From Clostridiales bacterium (GTDB taxonomy: Bacteria; Bacillota; Clostridia; Christensenellales; Borkfalkiaceae), in assembly GCA_015055505.1 (NCBI GenBank), contig SVIB01000001.1, forward strand, positions 6,563 to 70,562: a DNA stretch of 64,000 nucleotides, read 5' to 3'. The stretch's first letter is position 1, and each line of letters opens with the position of its first letter. The position numbers were made by a program, and so were the translations under genes. Of the stretch, positions 17,737 through 26,662 are shown piece by piece. The notes under the pieces are model-generated. The model ran no database searches. It saw only the letters and a list, made by a program, of their open reading frames with translations, and had not been told where the DNA came from.

Positions 17737-18786
17737 ATGAGAGGCAGGGTAGAAGTCGATTTAAAAATATTAAAACGAAATGCTGAAAGTATTAAAACTT
17801 TATTGGGCGGTAAAACTAAAATATTTTGGGTAGTCAAGGCTGATGCGTACGGTCACGGAATTGCCGGCGTTTGTAAGCAATTGGCTTTTGCAGACGGGTT
17901 TTGCGTAGCGACTTTAGAAGAGGGATTAATTGTTAGACAGAGTACGCATTCACCGGTATTAATACTCGGCAAAACCGATTTTAACGAAAAGAAAGAGTGT
18001 GTAAATAGTGATATTTCGCTCTCCGTTTGGGACGAAAAAGACCTAACCGATTTGATATGTATAACGGATAATATGAACAAGTGTATAGGTGTGCATATTG
18101 CCGTTAATACCGGTATGAACCGAATAGGCGTAAAAGAAGAAAAGTCCCTCTATAAGTTGATTAATGCGATAAAATCTTCGTCAAAAATCCAAATAAAGGG
18201 CGTATTTTCGCATCTTTTCGACGGGGAAAACGACTGTGCTTGTCAAAAACAGCGAGAACGGTTTTTGGCGTTTTGCAGTCAGTTTAACGAGGGGGTGATA
18301 AAACATTTATCCGCAACGCAAAAGTCAACCGACGGAAATTTTGCGTTTGACGGAGTGAGAGTTGGTTTGGGGCTTTACGGTTACGGAATTTCAAGGGTGC
18401 AACCTTGTATGAGCGTTTTCGGTGAAGTCGTTTGCGTAAATAGATTGGTTAAGGGCGAAAGCGTTGGCTACGGCGGTAAATTCGTAGCAAACGAAGAGTG
18501 TTTAGTCGCAACTTTGTCTTTAGGTTATGCGGACGGAATATCGCGAAAAAGAAGTGGCGGAGAGGTGCTTATACGGGGAAAAAGACGGAAAATCGTTGGC
18601 TCTATATGTATGGATTTTTGCTTTGCGTTGGTGGACGGTTTAGTTAAGGTTGGCGACGAGGTGGTTTTTATGGGAAAACAAGGCGGGCAAACGATAACCG
18701 CTGAGGATATTGCTGAGTGGGAACAAACTATTCCGTACGAGGTTTTAACGAAAAATAAAAGACTGCCGATAATATATAAACTCTAA
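17737..18786 (+). CDS. alr: alanine racemase
   Basis: It has the PLP-lysine motif VVKADAYGHG and a C-terminal beta domain. Confidence 0.9.
   Translation: MRGRVEVDLKILKRNAESIKTLLGGKTKIFWVVKADAYGHGIAGVCKQLAFADGFCVATLEEGLIVRQSTHSPVLILGKTDFNEKKECVNSDISLSVWDEKDLTDLICITDNMNKCIGVHIAVNTGMNRIGVKEEKSLYKLINAIKSSSKIQIKGVFSHLFDGENDCACQKQRERFLAFCSQFNEGVIKHLSATQKSTDGNFAFDGVRVGLGLYGYGISRVQPCMSVFGEVVCVNRLVKGESVGYGGKFVANEECLVATLSLGYADGISRKRSGGEVLIRGKRRKIVGSICMDFCFALVDGLVKVGDEVVFMGKQGGQTITAEDIAEWEQTIPYEVLTKNKRLPIIYKL
18150..18163 (+). repeat. dispersed motif copy (C9>T variant), inside a CDS
   Basis: The sequence is ctataagttgatta, read as Y-K-L-I-N in alr, in the same frame as the copy at 434. Confidence 0.85.
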
Positions 18787-18878
18787 AATATAATTATTTT
18801 AGTTAAAGTTTTAATAAGTGATTGACTTTTTGAGCGTTTAGGGATAGAATAAAATATATCACAGTTTGGAGAAAACAT

Positions 18879-20678
18879 ATGGCAGAATTTATGGGAAATT
18901 TAAGAAGAACGACTATGTGTGGCGTTCTTAGGGCTAATAACGTAGGCGAAGAAGTCGTCGTAATGGGTTGGACGCAGAGAAGAAGAAATCTCGGCAGTTT
19001 AATATTCGTAGACCTTCGTGACAGAACGGGACTCGTTCAAATAGTTTTTGACGATACTACAGATAAGTCCGTTTTTGAAAAGGCTGAAACTATCCGTTCG
19101 GAATACGTGCTTGCAGTAAAGGGTAAAGTTAGAGAACGTAGCAGTAAAACCGATAAGATTGCAACCGGCGATATTGAAATTCTTGCCGACGAAATTAAGA
19201 TTTTATCCGAGGCTGATACTACTCCGTTTGAAATTTTGGACGACACTAACGTAAATGAAACCTTACGCCTTAAATATAGGTACTTAGACCTTAGAAGACC
19301 GTCGCTCCAAAGAAATCTCATAATTCGTAACGAAATTAGTAAAGCGTCGAGAAAATTCTTTGATGAAAACGGGTTTATCGAGGTTGAAACTCCTATGCTT
19401 GGACGTTCTACTCCCGAAGGGGCAAGAGATTATCTCGTTCCGTCAAGAGTACACGAAGGCTGTTTTTACGCTCTTCCTCAATCTCCCCAACTCTATAAAC
19501 AGTTGCTTATGATTTCGGGTTTTGATAGGTATTATCAAATTACGAAATGTTTCCGTGACGAAGATTTGAGAGCAAACCGTCAACCCGAATTTACTCAAAT
19601 AGACGTTGAAATGAGTTTCGTTGAAGAGATAGAAGACGTTATGTATCCTATCGAAGGACTTATCAAAAACATTTTCAAGTCTACTATAGGTCTTGACCTT
19701 GGCGAAGGGCATTTTAGAGTAATGCCATGGAGAGAGGCTATGGAAAATTACGGTTCGGATAAGCCCGATACCCGTTTCGATATCAAAATAGTCAACTGTT
19801 CTGACTTGTTTGTAAATTCAACGTTTAAAGTATTTACTGATGCTTTATCTATCAATATTGGACCTATTAGAGGTAGCGTAAGGGCGGTAAACGCAAAAGG
19901 TCTTGCAAGCGGATTTTCAAGAAAAGACCTTGACGCAACCGTAGAATACGCAAAAACCCTTGGCGCAAAAGGTCTTTGCTGGATGACTTGGCAAAAGGGC
20001 GGAGAAATTAAATCTTCGTTTGCTAAATTCTTAACCGAGGAAGATATTGCGAATATTAAGGAAAGAATGAATTTTGAAGAGGGTGACGTATTGTTCTTTG
20101 CTTCCGATAAAGATTACGTCGTATTCAACACTCTTGGCGGAATAAGACTTTACGTTGCTGAAAAATTCAATCTCGTTGACAAAGATAAATACGATATACT
20201 TTGGATAACCGAGTTCCCAATGTTCGAGTGGTCGGAAGAGGAAAACCGTTACATGGCGGTACACCACCCCTTTACCGCGCCTATGACTGAAGATTTAGAC
20301 CTTATCGACAGTGCGCCCGACAAGGCAAGGGCAAAGGCGTACGACCTCGTTATAAACGGTCAAGAGTCGGGTGGCGGATCTATACGTATTCACTCGAGAG
20401 AAATACAGAAAAAGATGTTTAACGTGCTTGGCTTTAGCGACGAAGATATTGAAAAGAAATTCGGTTTCTTCGTTGGCGCATTCAACTACGGAACTCCACC
20501 TCACGGCGGTCTTGCGTTTGGTCTTGATAGACTTACTATGCTTATTTGTAAAGACGATTCAATCCGTGACGTAATTGCGTTCCCCAAAGTACAAACGGCG
20601 TCCTGTCTTATGAGTGACGCTCCGTCTTCCGTTGAAGACAAGCAACTTGACGAACTTGCTATTTCTATTAAGAAATAA
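18879..20678 (+). CDS. aspS: aspartate--tRNA ligase
   Basis: The 599-aa protein has an OB-fold N-terminus and class II motifs (FRDEDLRANRQPEFTQID, GLDRLTM). Confidence 0.95.
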   Translation: MAEFMGNLRRTTMCGVLRANNVGEEVVVMGWTQRRRNLGSLIFVDLRDRTGLVQIVFDDTTDKSVFEKAETIRSEYVLAVKGKVRERSSKTDKIATGDIEILADEIKILSEADTTPFEILDDTNVNETLRLKYRYLDLRRPSLQRNLIIRNEISKASRKFFDENGFIEVETPMLGRSTPEGARDYLVPSRVHEGCFYALPQSPQLYKQLLMISGFDRYYQITKCFRDEDLRANRQPEFTQIDVEMSFVEEIEDVMYPIEGLIKNIFKSTIGLDLGEGHFRVMPWREAMENYGSDKPDTRFDIKIVNCSDLFVNSTFKVFTDALSINIGPIRGSVRAVNAKGLASGFSRKDLDATVEYAKTLGAKGLCWMTWQKGGEIKSSFAKFLTEEDIANIKERMNFEEGDVLFFASDKDYVVFNTLGGIRLYVAEKFNLVDKDKYDILWITEFPMFEWSEEENRYMAVHHPFTAPMTEDLDLIDSAPDKARAKAYDLVINGQESGGGSIRIHSREIQKKMFNVLGFSDEDIEKKFGFFVGAFNYGTPPHGGLAFGLDRLTMLICKDDSIRDVIAFPKVQTASCLMSDAPSSVEDKQLDELAISIKK

Positions 20679-20680
20679 GC

Positions 20681-20694
20681 CTATAAGTCGATTA
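20681..20694 (+). repeat. dispersed motif, exact copy
   Basis: The sequence is ctataagtcgatta. It lies 2 nt after the aspS stop and 14 nt before the next start codon. Confidence 0.9.
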
Positions 20695-20707
20695 ATGAGG
20701 TGTTTTT

Positions 20708-21130
20708 ATGAATATAGACGATTTTAAAAAAGTAAAAATCGAGGCAATGAAGGCGAAAGATAAAGATGCTGTAAACGCCTTAAATTCCGTAATAAATAAA
20801 CTTATGCTTGCAAGCATTGAGAAGAAAGCGGTAGGTGAAACGCTTGCTGAAGAGGACGTTACGAGAATTCTTCAAAAGACGGTAAACGAACTTACCGAAG
20901 AAAGAGCAGGCTTTGAAAAAGCGGGCAGAGAAGAAACGGTTGCGAGTTTAGACAGACAAATTGAAACCGTAAAAAAATATCTTCCTAAACTTTTAAGCGA
21001 AGAGGAAATTAAGGCTATTATATTAACTCTTGAAGATAAAAGCGTACCTTTCGTTATGAAACATTTTAAAACCGAGTACGCTGGAAAAGTTGATATGAGA
21101 TTAGTCGGTACAGTATTAAAAACTATATAA
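20708..21130 (+). CDS. GatB/YqeY domain protein
   Basis: The sequence is YqeY-like (IKIEAMKAKDK...ILQKTVNELTE...YLPKLLSEEEI). Confidence 0.8.
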   Translation: MNIDDFKKVKIEAMKAKDKDAVNALNSVINKLMLASIEKKAVGETLAEEDVTRILQKTVNELTEERAGFEKAGREETVASLDRQIETVKKYLPKLLSEEEIKAIILTLEDKSVPFVMKHFKTEYAGKVDMRLVGTVLKTI

Positions 21131-21195
21131 ATTGTTACGCTACGTCACTTGTGTGGCGTAGCGGTTATTAATCGTATAATAAAAGGAGATGCGCG

Positions 21196-21708
21196 GTGAA
21201 AATTACGCTGTATAGAATAATACTTATCATATTTGCCGTCGCCTCGCTCGCTTTTATAACCTATAATTCTTTGCAAACTGCCGAGCAGTCTACAGAGATG
21301 TCAAACGGAGTTTCGACGGTAATTGCCGAAGTTATAGTTCCTGATTTTGACAAAATGAACGAACCTCAAAAACAAGAGGTCGTCACGAAAATATCAATAC
21401 CCGTGAGGGAGATTGCGCATGCTCTCGAATTTGCGTCGCTTGCTTTTTTTATTGCGCTTTTTGCCTTTACGTTACCTTTTCAATACGGTAGATATCCCGT
21501 TGCAATGGTGATTACTCTACTGTTTGGGTTTGCGTTTGCTCTTTTTGACGAATGGATTCAGTCTTTCGTATCGGGGCGCGGAACTCAATGGGTAGACGTA
21601 TGGGTTGACTGTTCGGGTGTTATAGCAGGTATAATTTTTGCGCTCGTTGTCGATATTATAGGTATGGGAGTAGTGGTGCGCCGTCGCCAAAGAAAAAGAT
21701 TTCGATAG
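21196..21708 (+). CDS. VanZ family membrane protein
   Basis: It has four TM segments and a DEWIQSFVSGRG motif. The start is GTG with an AAGGAG RBS. Confidence 0.7.
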   Translation: MKITLYRIILIIFAVASLAFITYNSLQTAEQSTEMSNGVSTVIAEVIVPDFDKMNEPQKQEVVTKISIPVREIAHALEFASLAFFIALFAFTLPFQYGRYPVAMVITLLFGFAFALFDEWIQSFVSGRGTQWVDVWVDCSGVIAGIIFALVVDIIGMGVVVRRRQRKRFR

Positions 21709-21717
21709 GAGAAATTT

Positions 21718-22065
21718 ATGAAAAAAAGATTTGTAAAACTTTTAGCAGTATTGCTTACTGCTTGTACGCTTATTTGTTGTTCGTTCGTCGTTACGGGTTG
21801 TTCGTCTTCAGATGAATGTAAAATCACTTATCAACTTGCTCTTCCCAGTGGAATAAACGGTTCGATAAAGTCAACTAATCAAACGGTTACTTACGGTAAG
21901 AAATATTCATTATACGTTCCCTCTTGTAGCAGTTCTAATTACGAATTTGAGGGTTGGCAAATAAAAGGAACGAAGACGATGGTTCCGTTAAACGGTAACC
22001 AATGGGGATACAAGAAAAACGTAACTTTAGTTGCGGTGTGGGGTGTTTATACGGGTAACTACTAA
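21718..22065 (+). CDS. lipoprotein with one InlB B-repeat (Flg_new/Listeria-Bacteroides repeat)
   Basis: It has a lipobox (VVTGC) and the pattern ITYQL...YEFEGWQ...VTLVAVW. Confidence 0.6.
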   Translation: MKKRFVKLLAVLLTACTLICCSFVVTGCSSSDECKITYQLALPSGINGSIKSTNQTVTYGKKYSLYVPSCSSSNYEFEGWQIKGTKTMVPLNGNQWGYKKNVTLVAVWGVYTGNY

Positions 22066-22072
22066 AATTTTT

Positions 22073-22193
22073 AAAGGCTTATATACTTCGCTATCCGTCG
22101 TTACTGCAAAGTGTTCTTGACTGGGATGACCAACAAGGTCTATCCCATCCAATACCACTTTGCGAGCCTTGGTTAGCTCGCATCTAAGCCTTT
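22073..22193. repeat. structured module A, copy 1 (121 nt, candidate ncRNA)
   Basis: It aligns without gaps to 22311-22431. It has a closing stem AAAGGCTTA/TAAGCCTTT and nested stems that show compensatory changes. Confidence 0.75.
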
Positions 22194-22310
22194 AAAACGG
22201 TACTCGAACAAGGTGGTATTAGCGAGCAACCTCAGGTTGCTGACCAACAAGGTCTACCAAATCTTTTCGGGCTCACGAGCCTTGGTGTGCTCGCATCTAA
22301 GCCTTTATTC

Positions 22311-22431
22311 AAAGGCTTATCTACATCGCAAAAGAGCGTTACTGCTTTAAAGTCTAAACCCCGATGACCAAAGAGGTCTATCGTGTCTTATCCTTTAAAG
22401 CGAGCCTTCTTTTGCTCGCATCTAACCCTTT
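22311..22431. repeat. structured module A, copy 2 (121 nt, candidate ncRNA)
   Basis: It has the same length and architecture as 22073-22193. Confidence 0.75.
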
Positions 22432-22465
22432 AAATTGTGCTCGAACAAGGTGGCGTATGGATGCA

Positions 22466-22616
22466 ACGGCGTCGCAAATCGGCTTTTTGTCAGCGAATTA
22501 CTAAAAGTAATCCGCAAGACTTTTCAGCCGTTTGCTCCTTTTCAAACAAAATCTTTTACAGCGTAAAATCTTTTGTTTGAGGTTTTTATATTGACTAAGA
22601 ACTATGGCGGTAGCAA
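22466..22616. repeat. structured module B, copy 1 (about 151 nt)
   Basis: It begins ACGGCGTCGCAA and ends TGGCGGTAGCAA. It holds two hairpins, and a paralog lies about 166 nt downstream. Confidence 0.7.
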
Positions 22617-22631
22617 ATCGAGTGGAGCGTC

Positions 22632-22782
22632 ACGGCGTCGCAATACGATTTTTTGTCAACCGTTTGCCTATTGTCAAACGGTAAGACTTTGCAATCGGTT
22701 GCTCCTTTTCAAAGAAAATCTTTTGATGAACAAAATCTTTTCTTTGAGTTTTAGTGCGCTATATGAACTGTGGCGGTAGCAA
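22632..22782. repeat. structured module B, copy 2 (about 151 nt)
   Basis: It has the same end sequences as copy 1, and the hairpins are conserved in structure but not in sequence. Confidence 0.7.
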
Positions 22783-22934
22783 TTAGGATGAAACCTTAGG
22801 TTGCTTTTTTTGAAAAAATTTTCACTTTCTCTCTTTCTCGATAAGAAATTTTGCTATATCATTATATAATATATATATTATACGCGAGAAATTAAAAAAA
22901 ATTAAAAAAATTTTTATTTACCTATGAAAAACAG

Positions 22935-22963
22935 TTGACAAAGCCTATTGAATAATGTATTAT
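22935..22963 (+). promoter_or_regulatory. sigma-A promoter of the S10 operon
   Basis: It reads TTGACA, a 17-nt spacer, then TGtTATTAT (extended -10), preceded by a very AT-rich UP-like tract. Confidence 0.6.
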
Positions 22964-22967
22964 TTAT

Positions 22968-23160
22968 GGGCTGTGTTTAATATGGGTTGAGATGGGAAGT
23001 TACTTAAACCCCGCTTGTTTCAGGCTCCGGAACCTGATATTAAGTAAGGAAGATAATTCCCGTTGACAAATGTGAGGGTATAACCCTTGCGACTAACCAT
23101 GCCCAAAGAGTAGAGATATCATTCGCAAAAACACAGCGGCGAGTGATTTTTTTATTGTTT
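22968..23160 (+). promoter_or_regulatory. structured 5' leader or ncRNA upstream of rpsJ
   Basis: A closing stem GCTGTGTTT/AAACACAGC encloses hairpins CAGG..CCTG, AGGGT..ACCCT and GGGAA..TTCCC. A T7 tract follows. Confidence 0.4.
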
Positions 23161-23217
23161 AGGTATGACACACACGGCAATGTTGACAATATGTTAGTAT
23201 AAAACGGAGGTAACACA

Positions 23218-23517
23218 ATGGCAGGTCAAAAAATTAGAATTAAGTTAGCGGCTTACGATCACAAAATGGTAGATCAAGCAACTGAAAGAATCGTAGAAAC
23301 GATGAAGAAAGCAGGCGCTAAAATAAGCGGTCCTATTCCTCTTCCTACTGAAAAGGAAATCGTAACGATTCTTCGTTCGCCACACAAGTACAAGGATAGC
23401 AGAGAGCAGTTCGAGATAAGAACTCATAAAAGACTTATCGACATTTATTCAACGAACGCTAAAATCCTTGACAGCATACATCTTCCCGCTGGCGTAGACG
23501 TAAAAATCAAACTTTAA
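23218..23517 (+). CDS. rpsJ: 30S ribosomal protein S10
   Basis: The sequence is conserved ([18 protein letters not shown]) and it is the first gene of the S10 operon. Confidence 0.97.
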   Translation: MAGQKIRIKLAAYDHKMVDQATERIVETMKKAGAKISGPIPLPTEKEIVTILRSPHKYKDSREQFEIRTHKRLIDIYSTNAKILDSIHLPAGVDVKIKL

Positions 23518-23562
23518 TTTAGGAAACAATTTTTTCAATATATACGGAGGTGAACTTTATCT

Positions 23563-24192
23563 ATGAATAAAGCAATCATTGGAAAGAAATTGGGCATGAC
23601 TCAGATCTTTTCCGCAGACGGAAAAGTAATCCCAGTCACAGTCGTTGAAGCAGGTCCTTGTCCGGTCGTTCAAATTAAGACTAAGGAAAGAGACGGCTAC
23701 GAAGCAATCAAAGTAGGCTTTGGAAAAGTCAACGAAAAGGTACTTAACAAACCCGAAGCAGGTCAATTCAAGAAAGCAGGCGTTGAACCTCAAAGAGTTC
23801 TTAAAGAGTTTAAGCTTGACGATTTAAGCGCTTATACCGTAGGTCAATCAATCACCGTTGACGTTTTCGCTGAAGGAGAAAAGGTTGACGTAGTAGGTTA
23901 CACTAAAGGTCACGGTTTCTCGGGCGTAATTAAAAGATGGAATCAACATAAACTTATGGCTACGCACGGTGTAGGTCCTGTACACAGAGAGGTTGGTTCT
24001 ATGGGCGCAAACAGTTCGCCGTCGAGAGTTTTCAAGAACAAACACATGCCGGGACAGTATGGTAACGAAAGAGTTACTATTCAAAACCTTGAAGTTGTCA
24101 AGGTGGATACCGCAAGAAACGTACTCCTTATCAAGGGCGCAATCCCCGGACCTAAGGGCGGAATCGTAACGGTAACCAACACTGTTAAATAA
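23563..24192 (+). CDS. rplC: 50S ribosomal protein L3
   Basis: Both sequence and operon order support the call. Confidence 0.97.
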   Translation: MNKAIIGKKLGMTQIFSADGKVIPVTVVEAGPCPVVQIKTKERDGYEAIKVGFGKVNEKVLNKPEAGQFKKAGVEPQRVLKEFKLDDLSAYTVGQSITVDVFAEGEKVDVVGYTKGHGFSGVIKRWNQHKLMATHGVGPVHREVGSMGANSSPSRVFKNKHMPGQYGNERVTIQNLEVVKVDTARNVLLIKGAIPGPKGGIVTVTNTVK

Positions 24193-24206
24193 GGAGCGTG
24201 AAGAAT

Positions 24207-24830
24207 ATGTCAAACGTAAAAGTTTATAATATGAAAGGACAAGTAACCGGTGATCTTGATCTCGGCGCATTGTTTGAAATTGAATATAACGAACCGCTCA
24301 TCCATCAAGCAGTAGTTACCAGACTTGCAAATATGCGTCAGGGAACGAAAGGTTCGCTTACCAGATCTGAAGTAAGAGGCGGAGGCAAAAAGCCTTGGAG
24401 ACAAAAGGGTACCGGTAATGCAAGACAAGGTTCGACCAGAGCACCACAATGGATTAAAGGTGGCGTAGTATTCGCTCCAAAGTCCAGAGATTTTAGCAAA
24501 AAGATGAACGTAACCGCAAGAAGAACGGCTCTTTTCTCCGCTCTTTCTAAAAAGGTTACCGACAATGAATTTTACGTAATCGACGACGTAACGGTAGCAG
24601 AAGGCAAGACAAAAGAAATGATAGCGTTTAGAGATGCTTTCAAGTTTGAAAAAACCGTTCTTATCGTTCTTTGCGAGGCAAACGAACTCGTAGTAAGAGC
24701 AGCAAGAAACCTTGAAAAAATGCAAACTATCAACGTTGACCTTCTCAATACTTACGACGTAGTTAAAAATTCTGTAGTAGTAATCGCTAAAGGCGCTGTT
24801 GAAAAATTACAGGAGGTTTACGGAGAATAA
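24207..24830 (+). CDS. rplD: 50S ribosomal protein L4
   Basis: Sequence supports the call. I prefer the ATG at 24207, 10 nt after AAGGAG, over the GTG at 24198. Confidence 0.93.
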   Translation: MSNVKVYNMKGQVTGDLDLGALFEIEYNEPLIHQAVVTRLANMRQGTKGSLTRSEVRGGGKKPWRQKGTGNARQGSTRAPQWIKGGVVFAPKSRDFSKKMNVTARRTALFSALSKKVTDNEFYVIDDVTVAEGKTKEMIAFRDAFKFEKTVLIVLCEANELVVRAARNLEKMQTINVDLLNTYDVVKNSVVVIAKGAVEKLQEVYGE

Positions 24831-25117
24831 TGGAAAGAGAAGTTATTTTAAGACCTCTTCTTACAGAGAAGAGCTACGCAACTATTCAAGATAAGAAATA
24901 TACTTTCGTAGTTGCAAAGGACGCAAACAAGACCGAAATTAAACTTGAGGTTGAAAAAAGATTTGACGTTCAAGTAGAGAAAGTAAACACTGCAAACTGC
25001 CACGGAAAACTTAAGAGAATGGGCAGAACTCAGGGTTATACGTCTGACTATAAAAAGGCAATCGTAACCCTTAAGAAAGACAGCAAGGGCATTGCGTTCT
25101 TTGAATCGCTTCAGTAA
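24830..25117 (+). CDS. rplW: 50S ribosomal protein L23
   Basis: Sequence and operon order support the call. Confidence 0.95.
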   Translation: MEREVILRPLLTEKSYATIQDKKYTFVVAKDANKTEIKLEVEKRFDVQVEKVNTANCHGKLKRMGRTQGYTSDYKKAIVTLKKDSKGIAFFESLQ

Positions 25118-25132
25118 TCGGAGGAAATAATA

Positions 25133-25960
25133 ATGGGTATTAAAAGATATAAACCGACTTCCCCGGCTCGCCGTTTTATGTCGGTAAGCACCTTTGAAGA
25201 AATTACTTGCACGAAGCCTGAAAGATCTCTTTTAGAAGATCAAAGACATACTGCAGGTAGAAATGCTCAGGGAAGAATAACCGTTCGTCATCACGGCGGT
25301 GGAAACAAGAGAAAATACCGTATCATTGATTTCAAGAGAAATAAAGACGGAATCAAAGCGGTTGTTAAAACTATAGAGTACGATCCCAACAGAACGGCAA
25401 ACATTGCGCTTGTCGTATACGCAGACGGCGAAAAGAGATATATCTTAGCGCCTCTTGGACTTAACGTTGGCGACGAACTTATGTCAGGTCCCGAAGCGGA
25501 TATCAAAGTAGGTAACGCACTTGCTTTAGAAAATATCCCCGTAGGTACTATGGTACACAATATTGAACTTCAACCCGGAAAAGGCGGTCAAATCGCAAGA
25601 TCTGCAGGTATGTCTGCTCAACTTATGGCAAGAGAAGGAGCGCTCGCTACTTTAAAAATGCCTAGCGGTGAAATGAGATACGTTCCCGTAAAGTGTAAAG
25701 CAACTATCGGACAGGTTGGTAACCTTGACCACGAAATCATTAGAATCGGTAAAGCAGGTAAAACGAGACACATGGGTATTAGACCTACCGTTAGAGGTTC
25801 TGTAATGAACCCCTGCGATCACCCCCACGGTGGTGGTGAAGGCCGTTCACCTATCGGTCATGCTGGCCCGCTTACTCCTTGGGGTAAGCCTGCTCTTGGT
25901 TATAAGACCAGAAAGAAGAAGAGCAAGACTGATAAGTTCATTATCAAGAGAGTAAATTAA
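25133..25960 (+). CDS. rplB: 50S ribosomal protein L2
   Basis: It has the conserved [15 protein letters not shown] and HPHGGGEG motifs. Confidence 0.97.
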   Translation: MGIKRYKPTSPARRFMSVSTFEEITCTKPERSLLEDQRHTAGRNAQGRITVRHHGGGNKRKYRIIDFKRNKDGIKAVVKTIEYDPNRTANIALVVYADGEKRYILAPLGLNVGDELMSGPEADIKVGNALALENIPVGTMVHNIELQPGKGGQIARSAGMSAQLMAREGALATLKMPSGEMRYVPVKCKATIGQVGNLDHEIIRIGKAGKTRHMGIRPTVRGSVMNPCDHPHGGGEGRSPIGHAGPLTPWGKPALGYKTRKKKSKTDKFIIKRVN

Positions 25961-25973
25961 GGAGAGGTAGAAT

Positions 25974-26249
25974 ATGAGCAGAAGCGTTAAAAAAGGACCT
26001 TACGTACACGCAAAATTACTTGCAAGAGTTGAGGCTTTAAATGCAGAAAACAAAAAAACCGTATTAAAGACTTGGTCCAGAAGTTCGACAATATTCCCTC
26101 AAATGGTCGGTCATACGATTGCCGTACACGACGGAAGAAAGCACGTCCCCGTTTACGTTACCGAAGATATGGTTGGTTGCAAACTCGGTGAGTTTGCTCC
26201 TACTAGAACCTTCAAGGGACACGCTGGTTCTAAGACGACCGGTAAATAA
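25974..26249 (+). CDS. rpsS: 30S ribosomal protein S19
   Basis: Sequence and operon order support the call. Confidence 0.97.
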   Translation: MSRSVKKGPYVHAKLLARVEALNAENKKTVLKTWSRSSTIFPQMVGHTIAVHDGRKHVPVYVTEDMVGCKLGEFAPTRTFKGHAGSKTTGK

Positions 26250-26264
26250 TGGAGGTAGGACGAA

Positions 26265-26651
26265 ATGGCAAAGAATATGAAATTAAAGACTCAAAGAATT
26301 GAGGAAAATAAAGACAATAGACCGAGAGCAATCGCTAAGTTTATTAGAATCTCTCCTTACAAGGTAAGACTTGTTCTTGACCTTATTAGAGGAAAGAGCG
26401 TAAACGAAGCAGTAGCAATACTCGACAACATATCTAACGCCGGTGCTGAACCCGTTAAAAAGGTTGTTTTATCTGCGGCAGCAAACGCTGAACACAACAT
26501 GCAGATGAACTCTAACGACCTTAAAGTAGCAGTATGCTACGCTGACCAAGGCCCGACGCTTAAGAGAATGCAACCGATGGGACACGGCAGAGGCTTTAGA
26601 ATTTTAAAGAGAACCAGCCACATCACGGTTATTCTTGATACGATTAAGTAA
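26265..26651 (+). CDS. rplV: 50S ribosomal protein L22
   Basis: Sequence and operon order support the call. Confidence 0.95.
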   Translation: MAKNMKLKTQRIEENKDNRPRAIAKFIRISPYKVRLVLDLIRGKSVNEAVAILDNISNAGAEPVKKVVLSAAANAEHNMQMNSNDLKVAVCYADQGPTLKRMQPMGHGRGFRILKRTSHITVILDTIK

Positions 26652-26662
26652 GGGAGGTCGTT

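Noticed and set aside
22573-22779. A 68-aa ORF lies inside the repeat region upstream of the S10 operon.
   Set aside because: It has a TTG start, no RBS and runs through the paralogous hairpin modules. The repeat copies are not conserved in frame, so an RNA or DNA-level element is more plausible.
22968-23160. I considered identifying the rpsJ upstream RNA as SRP RNA or 6S RNA.
   Set aside because: CAGGCTCCGGAACCTG looks superficially like the SRP GGAA tetraloop helix, but the flanks do not pair as SRP domain IV does. There is no convincing 6S central bubble, so I left it as an unclassified leader.
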